Below are positions 1 to 10,193 of a DNA stretch of 64,000 bases, in pieces. The notes below the pieces were generated by a model that saw nothing but the letters and a program-made list of their open reading frames with translations, was not told where the DNA came from and searched no databases. The number at the start of each line of letters is the position of its first letter. Within the stretch, counting starts at the first letter, position 1. Source of the stretch: Patescibacteria group bacterium (GTDB taxonomy: Bacteria; Patescibacteriota; Minisyncoccia; UBA6257; UBA9933). Where the stretch lies: assembly GCA_038078555.1 (NCBI GenBank), contig JBBTYQ010000001.1, positions 156,158-220,157 of the forward strand, read 5' to 3'. Both the position numbers and the translations under genes were made by a program.

Positions 1-311
1 AGCTTTTAAAAGACACTGATTTTATGTCTATGCATCATTCGGTGGAAGTCCGGGTGCCGTTTTTAGATCATCCGCTTGTTGAATATTTAAGTTCATTGTC
101 ACCGAAATTAAAATTAAGCAATGATGTAAGCAAGCCGCTTTTAGTTGATTCGGTTCGAAATTTATTGCCAGCTGAAATTTTGTCGCGTAAAAAAATGGGT
201 TTTACATTTCCGTTTCAAAAATGGCTTTCGTCTGACGTTAAAGGTCAAATGTTAAATATTAAAACGCATTGGTCGCGTTATTGGGCAAAAGTAATCCTAG
301 AAAAATTTTAA
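1..311 (+). CDS. asparagine synthase (glutamine-hydrolysing), C-terminal fragment; 5' end outside window
   Basis: The frame is open from the window edge. The translation ...SMHHSVEVRVPFLDHPLVEY matches the conserved E-x-R-x-PFLD region of AsnB-type enzymes, which are common in glycan loci. Confidence 0.75.
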   Translation, partial: LLKDTDFMSMHHSVEVRVPFLDHPLVEYLSSLSPKLKLSNDVSKPLLVDSVRNLLPAEILSRKKMGFTFPFQKWLSSDVKGQMLNIKTHWSRYWAKVILEKF

Positions 312-316
312 ATATC

Positions 317-1366
317 GTGAAAATTTTATTTTTAACCGGCGATTTAAAAAAAATCGGAGGAATTCAAACTTATAATAAAGACGTTATTGGCGCTTTGAAT
401 GATTTAAGAATTGAGCTTCTTGTTGTTGAATATAAAAATAAAGGGATTATTAATAAAATTAGATTTATATTTTTATTTTTAAGTTCAGTTTTTAAATTTC
501 AACCGACTATAATTTTTTGTGGACATATTAATTTTTCTTTACCGGTTTATTTTGTAAAAAAATTAATGAATTATGATTATGTTGTTTTTACTTACGGCAT
601 AGACGTCTGGGAGATTAAAAGCAATTTAAAGATAAAATCTTTAGAAAACGCAAGAGTAGTAGTATCAATTTCCCGGTATACTGCCGAAAAATTAAAGCAA
701 CAGATGTCAACTTTAATAAGTAAAATTTATTTATTATCCAATGCGATAGACGGGAAAAAATTTTATCCCAAAAATAAATCAGCGGAAATACTTTCTAAAT
801 ATAAATTGTCTAGTAATAATAAAATAATTTTAACGGTTGCTCGGCTCTCATCAAGCGAAAAATATAAAGGATATGATAATGTGATTAAAGCCATGTCCAT
901 GATTTTGGAAGAAATACCGGAAGCAAGATACATGATAGTTGGATCAGGCGATGATTTAGAAAGAGTCAGAAACTTAATAAAAAAGTCTAATCTGGAAGAG
1001 TATGTTATTTTAGCCGGTAAAGTTGAAGAAATGGTTGATTATTATAATTTATGCGATGTTTTTGCTATGCCTTCCAAAGGAGAAGGTTTTGGATTTGTAT
1101 TTTTAGAAGCTTTGGCTTGCGGAAAGCCGGTTGTTGCCGGAAATGCCGACGGCTCAGTAGACGCTGTGTTAGACGGCAAAATCGGATTATTGGTTAATCC
1201 GGATAATTTAAACGAAATTAGCGGCGCTATTTTGGGAGTTTTAAAACACAAAATTGATTCTCGGCTGCTGGATAGAGAGTTTTTGCGCAAAGCAGTTTTG
1301 GATGCTTACGGTATTGATAAATTTAGGGAAAAAGTTGAAGATTTATTATATGAATTACAAAAATGA
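317..1366 (+). CDS. glycosyltransferase, GT-B fold (GT4-like)
   Basis: C-terminal signature PSKGEGFGFVFLEALACGKPVVAG. The ORF-track start at 269 overlaps the upstream gene. GTG at 317, just after that gene's stop, is the more likely start. Confidence 0.8.
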   Translation: MKILFLTGDLKKIGGIQTYNKDVIGALNDLRIELLVVEYKNKGIINKIRFIFLFLSSVFKFQPTIIFCGHINFSLPVYFVKKLMNYDYVVFTYGIDVWEIKSNLKIKSLENARVVVSISRYTAEKLKQQMSTLISKIYLLSNAIDGKKFYPKNKSAEILSKYKLSSNNKIILTVARLSSSEKYKGYDNVIKAMSMILEEIPEARYMIVGSGDDLERVRNLIKKSNLEEYVILAGKVEEMVDYYNLCDVFAMPSKGEGFGFVFLEALACGKPVVAGNADGSVDAVLDGKIGLLVNPDNLNEISGAILGVLKHKIDSRLLDREFLRKAVLDAYGIDKFREKVEDLLYELQK

Positions 1367-2072
1367 CCTTTATTCAAAATATGTTTCCAGCCAAACCGCT
1401 GAAATTTACGGTGAATTGAAATTGGACGATATAAAAAAACAGTTTTCGGCTTGGAATAGTTATTTCGGCAAATTTTTGCCAGAAAATAAAGATTGTAAAA
1501 TAATTGACCTAGGATGCGGAAGCGGAGGGTTCGTTTATTGGTTAAAAGAAAGCGGTTTTAAAAATATTGAAGGCGTTGATATTAGCAAGGAACAAATAGA
1601 GCTTGGTTTTAGTTTGGGAATTAAAAATATCATCCAGGGAGACATTAAAAGTTTTTTAGAGAATAAAAAAAACGAATACGATGTAATATTTTGCCGCGAT
1701 GTTTTTGAGCATTTTACAAAAAACGAATTGTTGGAAATAACTAGATTGATTTATGAGTCTTTAAAACATGGCGGTCTTTTGATTATTCAAACAGTTAACG
1801 CCGAGAATTTGTTTTGGGGCAGATTAAGGCATGGAGATTTTACTCATGAGCTTGCCTTTACTAAAGAAAGCATAAATCAAATTTTAAAGTTCATCGGTTT
1901 TAATAAGATAGAAATTTTTGGCCAAAATCCGGTTGCGCACGGATTAAAATCATTAGTTAGGGCTATTTCATGGAAAATTTTCAATTTAATATTTAAACTT
2001 TATATTTTGGCCGAAACCGGTTCTTCCAAGGGTATTTTCAGCCAAAATATCATAGTAGTTGCCAAAAAATAA
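1350..2072 (+). CDS. class I SAM-dependent methyltransferase
   Basis: Motif I IIDLGCGSGGFVYWL and motif post-I/II (DVIFCRDVFEHF). ATG at 1350 (MNYKND...) is preferred over the track start at 1254, which lies deep inside the upstream gene. Confidence 0.8.
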   Translation: MNYKNDLYSKYVSSQTAEIYGELKLDDIKKQFSAWNSYFGKFLPENKDCKIIDLGCGSGGFVYWLKESGFKNIEGVDISKEQIELGFSLGIKNIIQGDIKSFLENKKNEYDVIFCRDVFEHFTKNELLEITRLIYESLKHGGLLIIQTVNAENLFWGRLRHGDFTHELAFTKESINQILKFIGFNKIEIFGQNPVAHGLKSLVRAISWKIFNLIFKLYILAETGSSKGIFSQNIIVVAKK

Positions 2073-2081
2073 TACTAATTT

Positions 2082-3293
2082 ATGTTTATGAAGAAAAAAC
2101 TGGCCGTATTGGTTTCTCATCCAATACAATATCAAACTCCTCTTTTCAAAAAAATCGTTGAGCAACTGGAGATTGATTTAAAAGTTTATTTCTGCTGGGA
2201 TTTTGGAATTAAAGAGAAATATGACGCGGAATTTGGGAGAAAAATTAAATGGGATATACCTTTATTGGAAGGCTATGATTATAAATTTTTAAAAAATTAT
2301 TCTTTTAAGCCCTCAAGCGATTTTTGGGGGCAGATTAATCCCGGCATTATTTCCGAAATTTATAAAAATAAATACGACGCGGTTTTAATTTTCGGCTGGA
2401 ATTCATTGACTAATTGGCTGGCCTTTTTGACGGCTTTTATTATTGGGACACCGGTTTTTTTACGCGGCGAAAATCCTCTAAATCAGGAGATTTTAAAAGA
2501 TAGTTCTAAATTGGCGGTAAAAAGAGTTATTTTAGGATCGCTTTTTAAATTCATCAAAGCGTTTTTATATATTGGGCAGGAAAACAAGAAATTTTACCAG
2601 TATTACGGAGTTGCCGAAAAAAGATTGTTTTTTGCCCCCTATGCCATAGATAATGAGCGTTTTATGGAAGAAGCAAAAAAATTAAAAAAAGAAAAAGCTA
2701 AAACAAAAAAAGATTTAAAAATTGACGCCAAAAAATCCGTAATTCTTTTTATCGGCAAGCTTATTGATAAGAAAAGGCCGATGGATCTTTTGAAAGCTTA
2801 CGAAAAAACAAAAAACCGAAAAGTCAAGAAGTCAAAACAAATCGCTTTGATTTTTGTCGGAGACGGACATTTGCGCGAAGAACTGGAAAATTACACAAAA
2901 TCTAACAATATAAAAGACGTTTATTTTCTCGGCTTTAAAAACCAAACGGAAATAATGAAATATTATAGCATTGGAGATACTATAGTTTTGCCCTCTGGGA
3001 GTGGAGAAACTTGGGGGCTGGTTTTAAATGAGGCGATGTGTTTTGGTTTACCGTTGGTTATTTCTGATGCGGTTGGCGCCGGCCCCGACTTGGTTCAAAA
3101 CGATAAAAACGGCTTTATTTATCCGGTTGGCGATATAGAAAATCTTTATTTTTGCTTGAATTTTATTGATGATAAGAAAAAAATAGATTTTTTTGGAAAA
3201 AATTCTTTGAAAATCATAAAAAAATATAGTTTCGATAATGATGTAAAAGCAATTTTAGGGACATTAAAATCACTCAAAAATAATTTGAAATAA
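2082..3293 (+). CDS. glycosyltransferase, GT-B fold (GT4-like)
   Basis: C-terminal motif VLPSGSGETWGLVLNEAMCFGLPLVISD. Confidence 0.75.
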   Translation: MFMKKKLAVLVSHPIQYQTPLFKKIVEQLEIDLKVYFCWDFGIKEKYDAEFGRKIKWDIPLLEGYDYKFLKNYSFKPSSDFWGQINPGIISEIYKNKYDAVLIFGWNSLTNWLAFLTAFIIGTPVFLRGENPLNQEILKDSSKLAVKRVILGSLFKFIKAFLYIGQENKKFYQYYGVAEKRLFFAPYAIDNERFMEEAKKLKKEKAKTKKDLKIDAKKSVILFIGKLIDKKRPMDLLKAYEKTKNRKVKKSKQIALIFVGDGHLREELENYTKSNNIKDVYFLGFKNQTEIMKYYSIGDTIVLPSGSGETWGLVLNEAMCFGLPLVISDAVGAGPDLVQNDKNGFIYPVGDIENLYFCLNFIDDKKKIDFFGKNSLKIIKKYSFDNDVKAILGTLKSLKNNLK

Positions 3294-4348
3294 TGAAAAT
3301 ATTATTAGTAGGAGAAAATTATAATGGCACTGCGCTTGAGTCAATTTATAATAATTTAATTAAATTAAATATTGACACTGAAGTATTAAATACTCATGAA
3401 TTATTTAGGGCTTCCTTTACGAATCGTGTTTTAAATAAATTCTTAAAAGTTCCTTATTATTATGGCAGAGGAGTAAAAAATATAAACAAAATAGTGCTTA
3501 AAAAAGCGTCAGGAAAAGATTTTGATTTCGTTTTTTTTGTAAAACCGATTTTTATCTATCCAGGAACAATTTCTGAAATTAAAAAACATGCCAAAGTTGT
3601 CGGTTTTTACCTTGACCATATAGATTTCCCCAAATCAGGCAGCAATTATTTTTATAAATCTTTGTCTTTATTTGATTTATATTTTATGTCGATGCTTACC
3701 GTCAAAGAAGCGGCTGAAGCGACTGATAAATTCGGTTCCAAAATAATTTCTCTCCCTTTCCATAATGCCGATTCAGCGTGTTGTTATCCAATTATCGCGG
3801 CTGATGATAAGGAAAAATTAGGCGCGGACATAGTGTTTTTAGGGACGCATGCTAATGAGCGGCGGATGGAATATTCCGAAAGATTGTGCCGAGATGGTTA
3901 TGATATTAAAATTTACGGCAACGGCTGGAATTGGCACAAACTTCCGTGGAATTCGTGTTTGCGCCGTCAGAAGCGGATTATTCCGGGCAACAAACCCTGT
4001 GAAGAAATGGCAAAAATCATAAACTCCAGCAAGATAATTTTGGCTTTTATGAGGGATCATAATAATGAAGTTACTGCTTGGCGCACTTATGAAATACCTC
4101 TTTGTGGTGGATTTATGCTTCATCAAAGAACTAAAGAAGCTGAACAACTTTTGGCGCCGGACAAAGAAGCGGTTTTTTTCGGCTCCTATGATGAAATGAG
4201 AGATAAAATAGATTTTTATTTGCAGCATTCTGAATTAAGGGATAAAATAGCCAAAGCCGGACGCGAACGGATTTTAAATTGCGGGGCTTTAAATATTAAT
4301 CAAGTTAAAAAAATGGTAGAAATTCTAAAAAATGAATTCGGCGGATAA
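3293..4348 (+). CDS. CgeB-family glycosyltransferase-like protein
   Basis: C-terminal RTYEIPLCGGFMLHQRTKEAEQLL...FFGSYDEMRDKIDFYLQH...IAKAGRERIL resembles the CgeB/Glyco_trans_1_2 family. Its start overlaps the upstream stop (TAATG). Confidence 0.6.
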   Translation: MKILLVGENYNGTALESIYNNLIKLNIDTEVLNTHELFRASFTNRVLNKFLKVPYYYGRGVKNINKIVLKKASGKDFDFVFFVKPIFIYPGTISEIKKHAKVVGFYLDHIDFPKSGSNYFYKSLSLFDLYFMSMLTVKEAAEATDKFGSKIISLPFHNADSACCYPIIAADDKEKLGADIVFLGTHANERRMEYSERLCRDGYDIKIYGNGWNWHKLPWNSCLRRQKRIIPGNKPCEEMAKIINSSKIILAFMRDHNNEVTAWRTYEIPLCGGFMLHQRTKEAEQLLAPDKEAVFFGSYDEMRDKIDFYLQHSELRDKIAKAGRERILNCGALNINQVKKMVEILKNEFGG

Positions 4349-4357
4349 GCTTTATTT

Positions 4358-5377
4358 ATGAATAATAAAAAAATAAAAAATAATTCAGCGGATATTTTAT
4401 TAAGCGTAAGCATGCTTACATACAATAAACCGCAGGAGGTTAAAAGAGTTTTAAAAGAATTATTGCTTCAAATGGAGCCGGGAGCAGAAATTGTGATTAA
4501 TGATAATAGCACTGACGATAGGATTAAATCGATGATAGAAAAAGAATTTCAAAGTTCTTACATTCGTTATTTTAAAAATGAACAAAATGTGGGTTTTGAT
4601 AAAAACATTTTATTGTCCGTAGAACGGGCAAAGGGAAGATATGTTTGGTGGATGGGACATGACGATAATGTGGAAAAAGGAGTGATTAAAAAATTGTTGG
4701 AAATATTGAATGAACATCCGGACATTTCTTTTATATTTATTAATTTTTATATAGCTGATCAAGGGCCGGAGAATCCAATATTAAAAATCGGAGAAGATAA
4801 GTTTTTTAATGATAATAACCAGGTTTTGGAAGAAATTGCCAATGTGTTGGGATTTATGTCAGCCATTGTCGTAAAGAAGGAAAATGCCGTAAACGCCGAT
4901 AATAAAAACGTTTTGCCATTTGTGGGTTCCGGGTTCATGCATTTTTATTTGGCGCTTCATGTGCTTTCTCAGGTTGGAAAATTTTATTTTTTATCTTATC
5001 CATACGTGCGTTGTTATCCAACTCCGCCGGAAAAAGCTCCCAACGACGAATTTCTTACATTCGCGGTTAATTTTTTTAAAATAGCGGAGAATTTTAAAAA
5101 ATCTTTTTCAAAAAATTCATTAAAAAAAATAATGGCGAAAAATTTCGGCCATATTTGGAGAGGAGTATTGGTGGAAAACGTCAAAGGACGCGGCGTTCCG
5201 ATGAAGAGATTAAAAGTTTTATTTAAGCTATATTGGAATTTTCCGGAATTTTGGGTTGCTTTGCCCTTTTTCCTGATGCCGCGTTTTATAAACTTATTTT
5301 TTTATAAATTATATAAAAAAATCACGGAAAGCAATAAATATTTAAAACAAAGGGTATCTAAGGTGCCTTGGTTTTAA
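4358..5377 (+). CDS. glycosyltransferase family 2-like
   Basis: N-terminal LSVSMLTYNKPQEVKRVL...VINDNSTDD (GT-A fold, DxD-type region). Confidence 0.7.
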   Translation: MNNKKIKNNSADILLSVSMLTYNKPQEVKRVLKELLLQMEPGAEIVINDNSTDDRIKSMIEKEFQSSYIRYFKNEQNVGFDKNILLSVERAKGRYVWWMGHDDNVEKGVIKKLLEILNEHPDISFIFINFYIADQGPENPILKIGEDKFFNDNNQVLEEIANVLGFMSAIVVKKENAVNADNKNVLPFVGSGFMHFYLALHVLSQVGKFYFLSYPYVRCYPTPPEKAPNDEFLTFAVNFFKIAENFKKSFSKNSLKKIMAKNFGHIWRGVLVENVKGRGVPMKRLKVLFKLYWNFPEFWVALPFFLMPRFINLFFYKLYKKITESNKYLKQRVSKVPWF

Positions 5378-5387
5378 AAATTGAATT

Positions 5388-6569
5388 ATGAAAATAACAA
5401 TTTCAGTTGCCGGGAGATTTCATCTTTTTAATCTTGCCCAGCAGCTTTTAAAGAAAAATTATTTAGGGCAATTAATCACTTCTTATCCTAAATTTGAAGT
5501 TGTGAAATACGGTATTCCCAGAGAAAAAATAAACTCCGTAATTATAAAAGAAATTATTGAGCGTGGCTGGAGGAAATTACCTGGATTTTTAAGAAATATT
5601 TATAATCCTCAGTATTTTATTCATGAGATGTTTGACTTTATCGCTTCTTTTTATCTAAAAAAAGGGGCGGATATAGTTATCGTAAGCGGTTTGCGTACTT
5701 TAAAAAAAGCTAAAAAGCTGGGAGCCATAACTATTGGCGAACGAGGCAGTTCGCATATCTTGTATCAGGATAAAATTTTACGTGAAGAATACGAAAAATA
5801 TGGGATTAAGATAAGGCCGTTTATGCTACCACATCAAAAAATTATAAAAAATGAATTAAAAACTTATGAGGAGCTTGATTATATTTCTATTCCCTCTTCT
5901 TTTGTAAGGAGGACTTTTTTAGAATACGGAATACCGGAAAACAAGCTTATTCAAGTTCCTTATGGCGTTGACCTTTCTCAATTCCGGCAAATTCCCAAAA
6001 ATGACGATGTTTTCCGTGTTATTTTTGCCGGCGGAATGAGCTTGAGAAAAGGAGTGCATTATTTACTTCAGGCTTTCTCTGAAATAGATTTACCGAATTC
6101 GGAACTTGTTTTAATAGGTTCTTTAAATGAAGAAATTAAGCCGTTTTTTAAAAAATACTCCGTGTCCAGCGTTGAGCGCTTCGGTGCGCGGGAAGGAAAA
6201 ATAAAATATTTGGGGCATATCCCGCAAAAAGAGCTTTATAAATATTATTCGCAAGGCTCGGTTTTTGCTATTATGTCCATCGAAGAAGGCCTGGCTATGG
6301 TTCAGCCGCAAGTAATGGCTTGCGGATTGCCGGTAATATGCACAACAAATACCGGAGGAGAAGACATAGTAAGAGACGGCATAGATGGTTTTGTAATTCC
6401 CATTCGTGATATTGGAGCGTTGAAGGAAAAATTAATTTATTTTTATAAAAATCCGGAAATCTGCCGCCGGATGGGACAATCCGCAAAAGAACGCGTAAGA
6501 AATAACTTTACGTGGGATAAATATGGCGAAAAAATGATTGAAGAATATAAGCGGATATTAAAAATTTAA
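5388..6569 (+). CDS. glycosyltransferase, GT-B fold (GT4-like)
   Basis: MSIEEGLAMVQPQVMACGLPVICTTNTGGEDIV matches the E-x7-E type GT4 C-terminal signature. Confidence 0.75.
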   Translation: MKITISVAGRFHLFNLAQQLLKKNYLGQLITSYPKFEVVKYGIPREKINSVIIKEIIERGWRKLPGFLRNIYNPQYFIHEMFDFIASFYLKKGADIVIVSGLRTLKKAKKLGAITIGERGSSHILYQDKILREEYEKYGIKIRPFMLPHQKIIKNELKTYEELDYISIPSSFVRRTFLEYGIPENKLIQVPYGVDLSQFRQIPKNDDVFRVIFAGGMSLRKGVHYLLQAFSEIDLPNSELVLIGSLNEEIKPFFKKYSVSSVERFGAREGKIKYLGHIPQKELYKYYSQGSVFAIMSIEEGLAMVQPQVMACGLPVICTTNTGGEDIVRDGIDGFVIPIRDIGALKEKLIYFYKNPEICRRMGQSAKERVRNNFTWDKYGEKMIEEYKRILKI

Positions 6570-6682
6570 TGCAGAAAATGCGATTATTCCTATCACTTTT
6601 TAGTTTGTTGTATATCTAAAGAAATTTTCAAGGGCTATTGTTATTAGTTAAAAAGTGTATTATAAATTATTGAATAAACTTT

Positions 6683-7477
6683 ATGAAAACAATAATTCTT
6701 TGCGGCGGGCAAGGCACAAGAATGAAAGAAGAAACGGAGTTTAAGCCAAAGCCATTAGTTAATGTAGGCGGCAAGCCCATTTTATGGCATATAATGAAAA
6801 TATATGCTCATTATGGTTTTAATGATTTTATTTTAGCACTAGGTTATAAAGGGGACATGATAAAGCAGTATTTCTTGAATTGGCGGAGTTTGACCAATGA
6901 TTTTACGATGGAAACGAAAAACCATGAAATTGTTTTTCATAATAATGATTGTGATGATTTTAAAATTACTTTTGCCGAAACTGGCCTTGAAAGTTTGACT
7001 GGGGAACGAGTCAGGAGATTAAAGAAATATATTAATGGAGATGATTTTATGCTGACATACGGCGATGGAGTGGCAAATATTAATGTAAAAGATCTGGTTG
7101 ATTTTCATAAAAAACAAAATACATTGGGAACGGTTACGGGGATTAAGCCAACTACGCGTTTTGGCTTGTTGAATGTTGATCATCAAACAAAAAAAGTAAA
7201 GGAATTTTTTCAGCACAAAGTAACTGATTCCAATGAATTGCGTGATGGAGATGATAATTTGATAAATGGCGGATTTATGGTTTTTAAAAACGGTGTCCTA
7301 GATTTAATTCCAGAAAATAGTTTAATAGAAGAGATATTTCCGATTTTAACTAAAAACAATGAATTATCAATCTATGTACACCCGGGAAAATGGAAATGTA
7401 TGGATACTTATAAAGAAGTTGAAGAAATGAATGAACATTGGGAAAAAGATCCATTTTGGAAAGTTTGGGAAGCATAA
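6683..7477 (+). CDS. rfbF: glucose-1-phosphate cytidylyltransferase
   Basis: The N-terminus MKTIILCGGQGTRMKEETEFKPKPLVNVGGKPILWHIMKIYAHYGFNDFILALGYKG is characteristic of RfbF/DdhA. Confidence 0.9.
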   Translation: MKTIILCGGQGTRMKEETEFKPKPLVNVGGKPILWHIMKIYAHYGFNDFILALGYKGDMIKQYFLNWRSLTNDFTMETKNHEIVFHNNDCDDFKITFAETGLESLTGERVRRLKKYINGDDFMLTYGDGVANINVKDLVDFHKKQNTLGTVTGIKPTTRFGLLNVDHQTKKVKEFFQHKVTDSNELRDGDDNLINGGFMVFKNGVLDLIPENSLIEEIFPILTKNNELSIYVHPGKWKCMDTYKEVEEMNEHWEKDPFWKVWEA

Positions 7478-7493
7478 TTGAATTATTTTTTAT

Positions 7494-8453
7494 ATGAAAC
7501 ACGATTTAAAAGGAAAAAATGTTTTAGTGACCGGAGCAACCGGCCTTGTGGGCGGGCATCTTACCGAGAAATTGGTTGAAATGGGCGCCAATGTGCATAT
7601 CACTTACAGGTCATTCAATCCAAAATCATATTTTGCCGGAAAAAAACTCGATGAAAAAGTTATCAGAGCTATTTGCGATATTAAGGACTTTAACAGGGTT
7701 TTTGATGTTATTACCAGATACGAAATTGAATATATTTTTCATGTTGCCGCTCAGCCGATTGTGGGCGTTGCCTATCTTAATCCCAGAGAAACATTGGACG
7801 TTAATATTATGGGCACGGTGAATATTTTGGAAGCCGCAAGATTATCCCCGATAATTAAAGGAATCGTCATTGCTTCAAGCGATAAGGCATACGGGAAAAA
7901 ATGCAGTAATGCCAAAGAAACCGAGCCGATGGCCGGAGACCATCCGTATGATGTTTCAAAATCTTGCACTGATTTAATCGCGCGGACTTATGCCAATACT
8001 TATAATATGTCTTTGGCCGTAAGCCGTTTTGGAAATATTTACGGGCCGGGCGATTTTAATTTCAGCCGGATAGTGCCGGGCATTATGAAAGCGATTATAA
8101 AAAACGAGACGCTTGAAATAAGAAGCGACGGAGAATTTATCCGGGATTATGTTTATGTAAAAGACGTGGCTGACGGCTATATCGCGCTTATGGAAAATAT
8201 GGATAAAATCAAAGGCGAAGCGTTTAATTTCAGCACCGGATACAATTTTTCCGTTGTTGAAACAATCAGAAAAATTGAAAAAATTCTAGGCGAAAAATGC
8301 AATTATAAAATTTTAAATACCCAAAAAAATGAAATCCCTTTCCAAAGCTTGAATTTTGAGAAAGTTACAAAAGTTCTGGGATGGAAATCAAAATACACGA
8401 TTGAAGAAGGAATCGTGGAAACATTTAATTGGTATAAAGAATATTTTAAGTAA
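7494..8453 (+). CDS. NAD-dependent sugar 4,6-dehydratase/epimerase (CDP-glucose 4,6-dehydratase-like)
   Basis: Rossmann motif VTGATGLVGGHL and SDR catalytic motif PYDVSK. It lies directly after rfbF. Confidence 0.75.
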   Translation: MKHDLKGKNVLVTGATGLVGGHLTEKLVEMGANVHITYRSFNPKSYFAGKKLDEKVIRAICDIKDFNRVFDVITRYEIEYIFHVAAQPIVGVAYLNPRETLDVNIMGTVNILEAARLSPIIKGIVIASSDKAYGKKCSNAKETEPMAGDHPYDVSKSCTDLIARTYANTYNMSLAVSRFGNIYGPGDFNFSRIVPGIMKAIIKNETLEIRSDGEFIRDYVYVKDVADGYIALMENMDKIKGEAFNFSTGYNFSVVETIRKIEKILGEKCNYKILNTQKNEIPFQSLNFEKVTKVLGWKSKYTIEEGIVETFNWYKEYFK

Positions 8454-8476
8454 TTTTATCGGGTTTAAAGAAAATA

Positions 8477-8506
8477 AAAACCGCCAATAATGGCGGTTTT
8501 TATTTT
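8477..8506 (+). terminator. intrinsic terminator after the dehydratase gene
   Basis: ACCGCCA-ataa-TGGCGGT hairpin followed by a T-run. Confidence 0.8.
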
Positions 8507-8526
8507 TCAAGATATTTGATTATTAT

Positions 8527-8631
8527 TTGACTTTGTTAATTAAAATTGATATAAAATAAACAGAACACAAAAGCGCATTATGCGCTAAAAATAAAAATTC
8601 CACTTAACGGAATAAATATGGAGGTATATCG
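8527..8631 (+). promoter_or_regulatory. promoter + conserved leader, module copy 1
   Basis: TTGACT (8527-8532), 17-bp spacer, then TATAAA (8550-8555). Next come AGAACACAAAAGCG, the palindrome AGCGCATTATGCGCT (8572-8586), a weak second hairpin (8598-8612), the GGAGG SD and ATG at 8632. Confidence 0.75.
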
Positions 8632-10128
8632 ATGGATAGCGTAAAAAAGCTTTTCATTTTTGAAATGGCCAATAATCATATGGGAAGCGTGGAACACGGG
8701 CTAAAAATTATCAGGGATATTTATGAAGTAAGTAAACATTTTAATTCTGTATGCGCTTTTAAATTCCAATATCGGAATTTGGAAACTTTTATCCACCCTG
8801 ATTATAAAGAACGGATGGACTTAAAATACGTGAAGCGTTTCTCCGAAACCAAGCTTACAGAAGAAGAATCTTTAATACTAAAAAAAGAAGCGGAGGCACT
8901 TGGCTTTATTACCATATGCACGCCCTTTGATGAAGCGTCTGTGGATTTAGCGGTGCAGCATGGCTACGATGTTATAAAAGTAGCGAGCGCTTCTTGCACT
9001 GATTGGTCTTTACTCGAAAAAATCGCTTTAGTTGACAAGCCTATCATAATTTCTACCGGAGGAGTTAAGCTGGAAGATATCGATAAGGTGGTCAGTTTTT
9101 TTCAGCATCGCAATAAGCAATTTGTTTTAATGCATTGCGTTGGAGAATATCCAACCGCGCCTAATCGTTTGCAGTTAAATCAAATAGATTTATTCAGGGA
9201 GAGGTATTTAAAAATACCAATTGGATTTTCTACTCATGAAGACCCGAATAATTTCGACGCGATTAAAATAGCGATGGCAAAGGGAGCTGAAGTTTTTGAA
9301 AGGCACGTTAGCGTTAAATCGGATAAGTATGAGATGAACGCTTATTCATCAACGCCCGATCAAATTAAGAAATGGCTGGAATCCGCCAAAGAAGCCTACG
9401 AAATGTGCGGAGAAGCCGGTCAACGCGCCTATTTTTCAGAAAAAGAAATTGCGGATATCAGGCAATTTCAAAGAGGTGCGTTTGCTAAGCGCGACATAGA
9501 AAAAGGCGAGCGCGTTGATACTAGTAACACTTTCTCGGCTTTTCCTAATCAACCCGGACAGATATTGGCAAATGACTTGTCAAAATACACGGTTTTTATC
9601 GCGCTTGAAAAAATCGGTAAAAATTGTCCGGCGGTCAATGTAAGCAGGGTAGATACCAGAGACAAGGTTTATGATATAGTTCAGAAATCAAGAGCGCTTT
9701 TGGCTGAAGCCAAAATCTCAGTTTCCAACAAGCTGGAGCTTGAAATCAGCCATCACTACGGCATCGATAAGTTTTACGAATGCGGCGCGGTGATCATTAC
9801 CTGCGTGAACCGGGAATACACGAAAAAACTGATACTTGTTTTTCCCGGCCAGCAAAGACATCCTTTGCATTTCCATAAAAAAAAGGAAGAAACCTTCCAT
9901 GTCTTATATGGAGATGTAACTTTTGAGCTTGACGGCGCAAAACATGAAACCAAAGCCGGCGATATTGTTGTGGTAGAAAGAGGAGTCAAACATGGGTTCT
10001 CTTCAAAGAGCGGTGCGATTTTTGAAGAAATATCAACCACTCATTATAAAGACGACTCTTTTTATGAAGACCCCGCTATAAATGAAAATCCATTCAGAAA
10101 AACCAGATTGAGCTTCTGGGTTGATTAA
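8632..10128 (+). CDS. NeuB-family (sialic-acid-synthase-like) PEP-condensing enzyme fused to SAF and C-terminal cupin domains
   Basis: N-terminal FIFEMANNHMGS and HCVGEYPT...STHE motifs of NeuB/SpsE TIM barrels. SAF-like segment RGAFAKRDIEKGERV. C-terminal cupin segment HPLHFHKKKEETFHVLYGDV...GDIVVVERGVKHGF. Confidence 0.75.
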   Translation: MDSVKKLFIFEMANNHMGSVEHGLKIIRDIYEVSKHFNSVCAFKFQYRNLETFIHPDYKERMDLKYVKRFSETKLTEEESLILKKEAEALGFITICTPFDEASVDLAVQHGYDVIKVASASCTDWSLLEKIALVDKPIIISTGGVKLEDIDKVVSFFQHRNKQFVLMHCVGEYPTAPNRLQLNQIDLFRERYLKIPIGFSTHEDPNNFDAIKIAMAKGAEVFERHVSVKSDKYEMNAYSSTPDQIKKWLESAKEAYEMCGEAGQRAYFSEKEIADIRQFQRGAFAKRDIEKGERVDTSNTFSAFPNQPGQILANDLSKYTVFIALEKIGKNCPAVNVSRVDTRDKVYDIVQKSRALLAEAKISVSNKLELEISHHYGIDKFYECGAVIITCVNREYTKKLILVFPGQQRHPLHFHKKKEETFHVLYGDVTFELDGAKHETKAGDIVVVERGVKHGFSSKSGAIFEEISTTHYKDDSFYEDPAINENPFRKTRLSFWVD

Positions 10129-10159
10129 TTAATCAGCAATTAGTTGGTTATTTTATTCA

Positions 10160-10190
10160 GGAGGGCATATTCCACGCCCTCCTTTTTATT
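10160..10190 (+). terminator. intrinsic terminator
   Basis: GGAGGGC-9 nt-GCCCTCC followed by a T-run. Confidence 0.8.
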
Positions 10191-10193
10191 AAC

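Noticed and set aside
8561-8631. Considered the repeated leader as a preQ1-I-type (hairpin plus A-rich tail) or SAM-type riboswitch, given the radical-SAM cargo.
   Set aside because: The HP1 loop is only 1-3 nt, so there is no loop to pair with the tail. HP1 or HP2 is missing in some copies. I recognise no conserved aptamer core. A DNA operator or simple leader hairpin is at least as likely.
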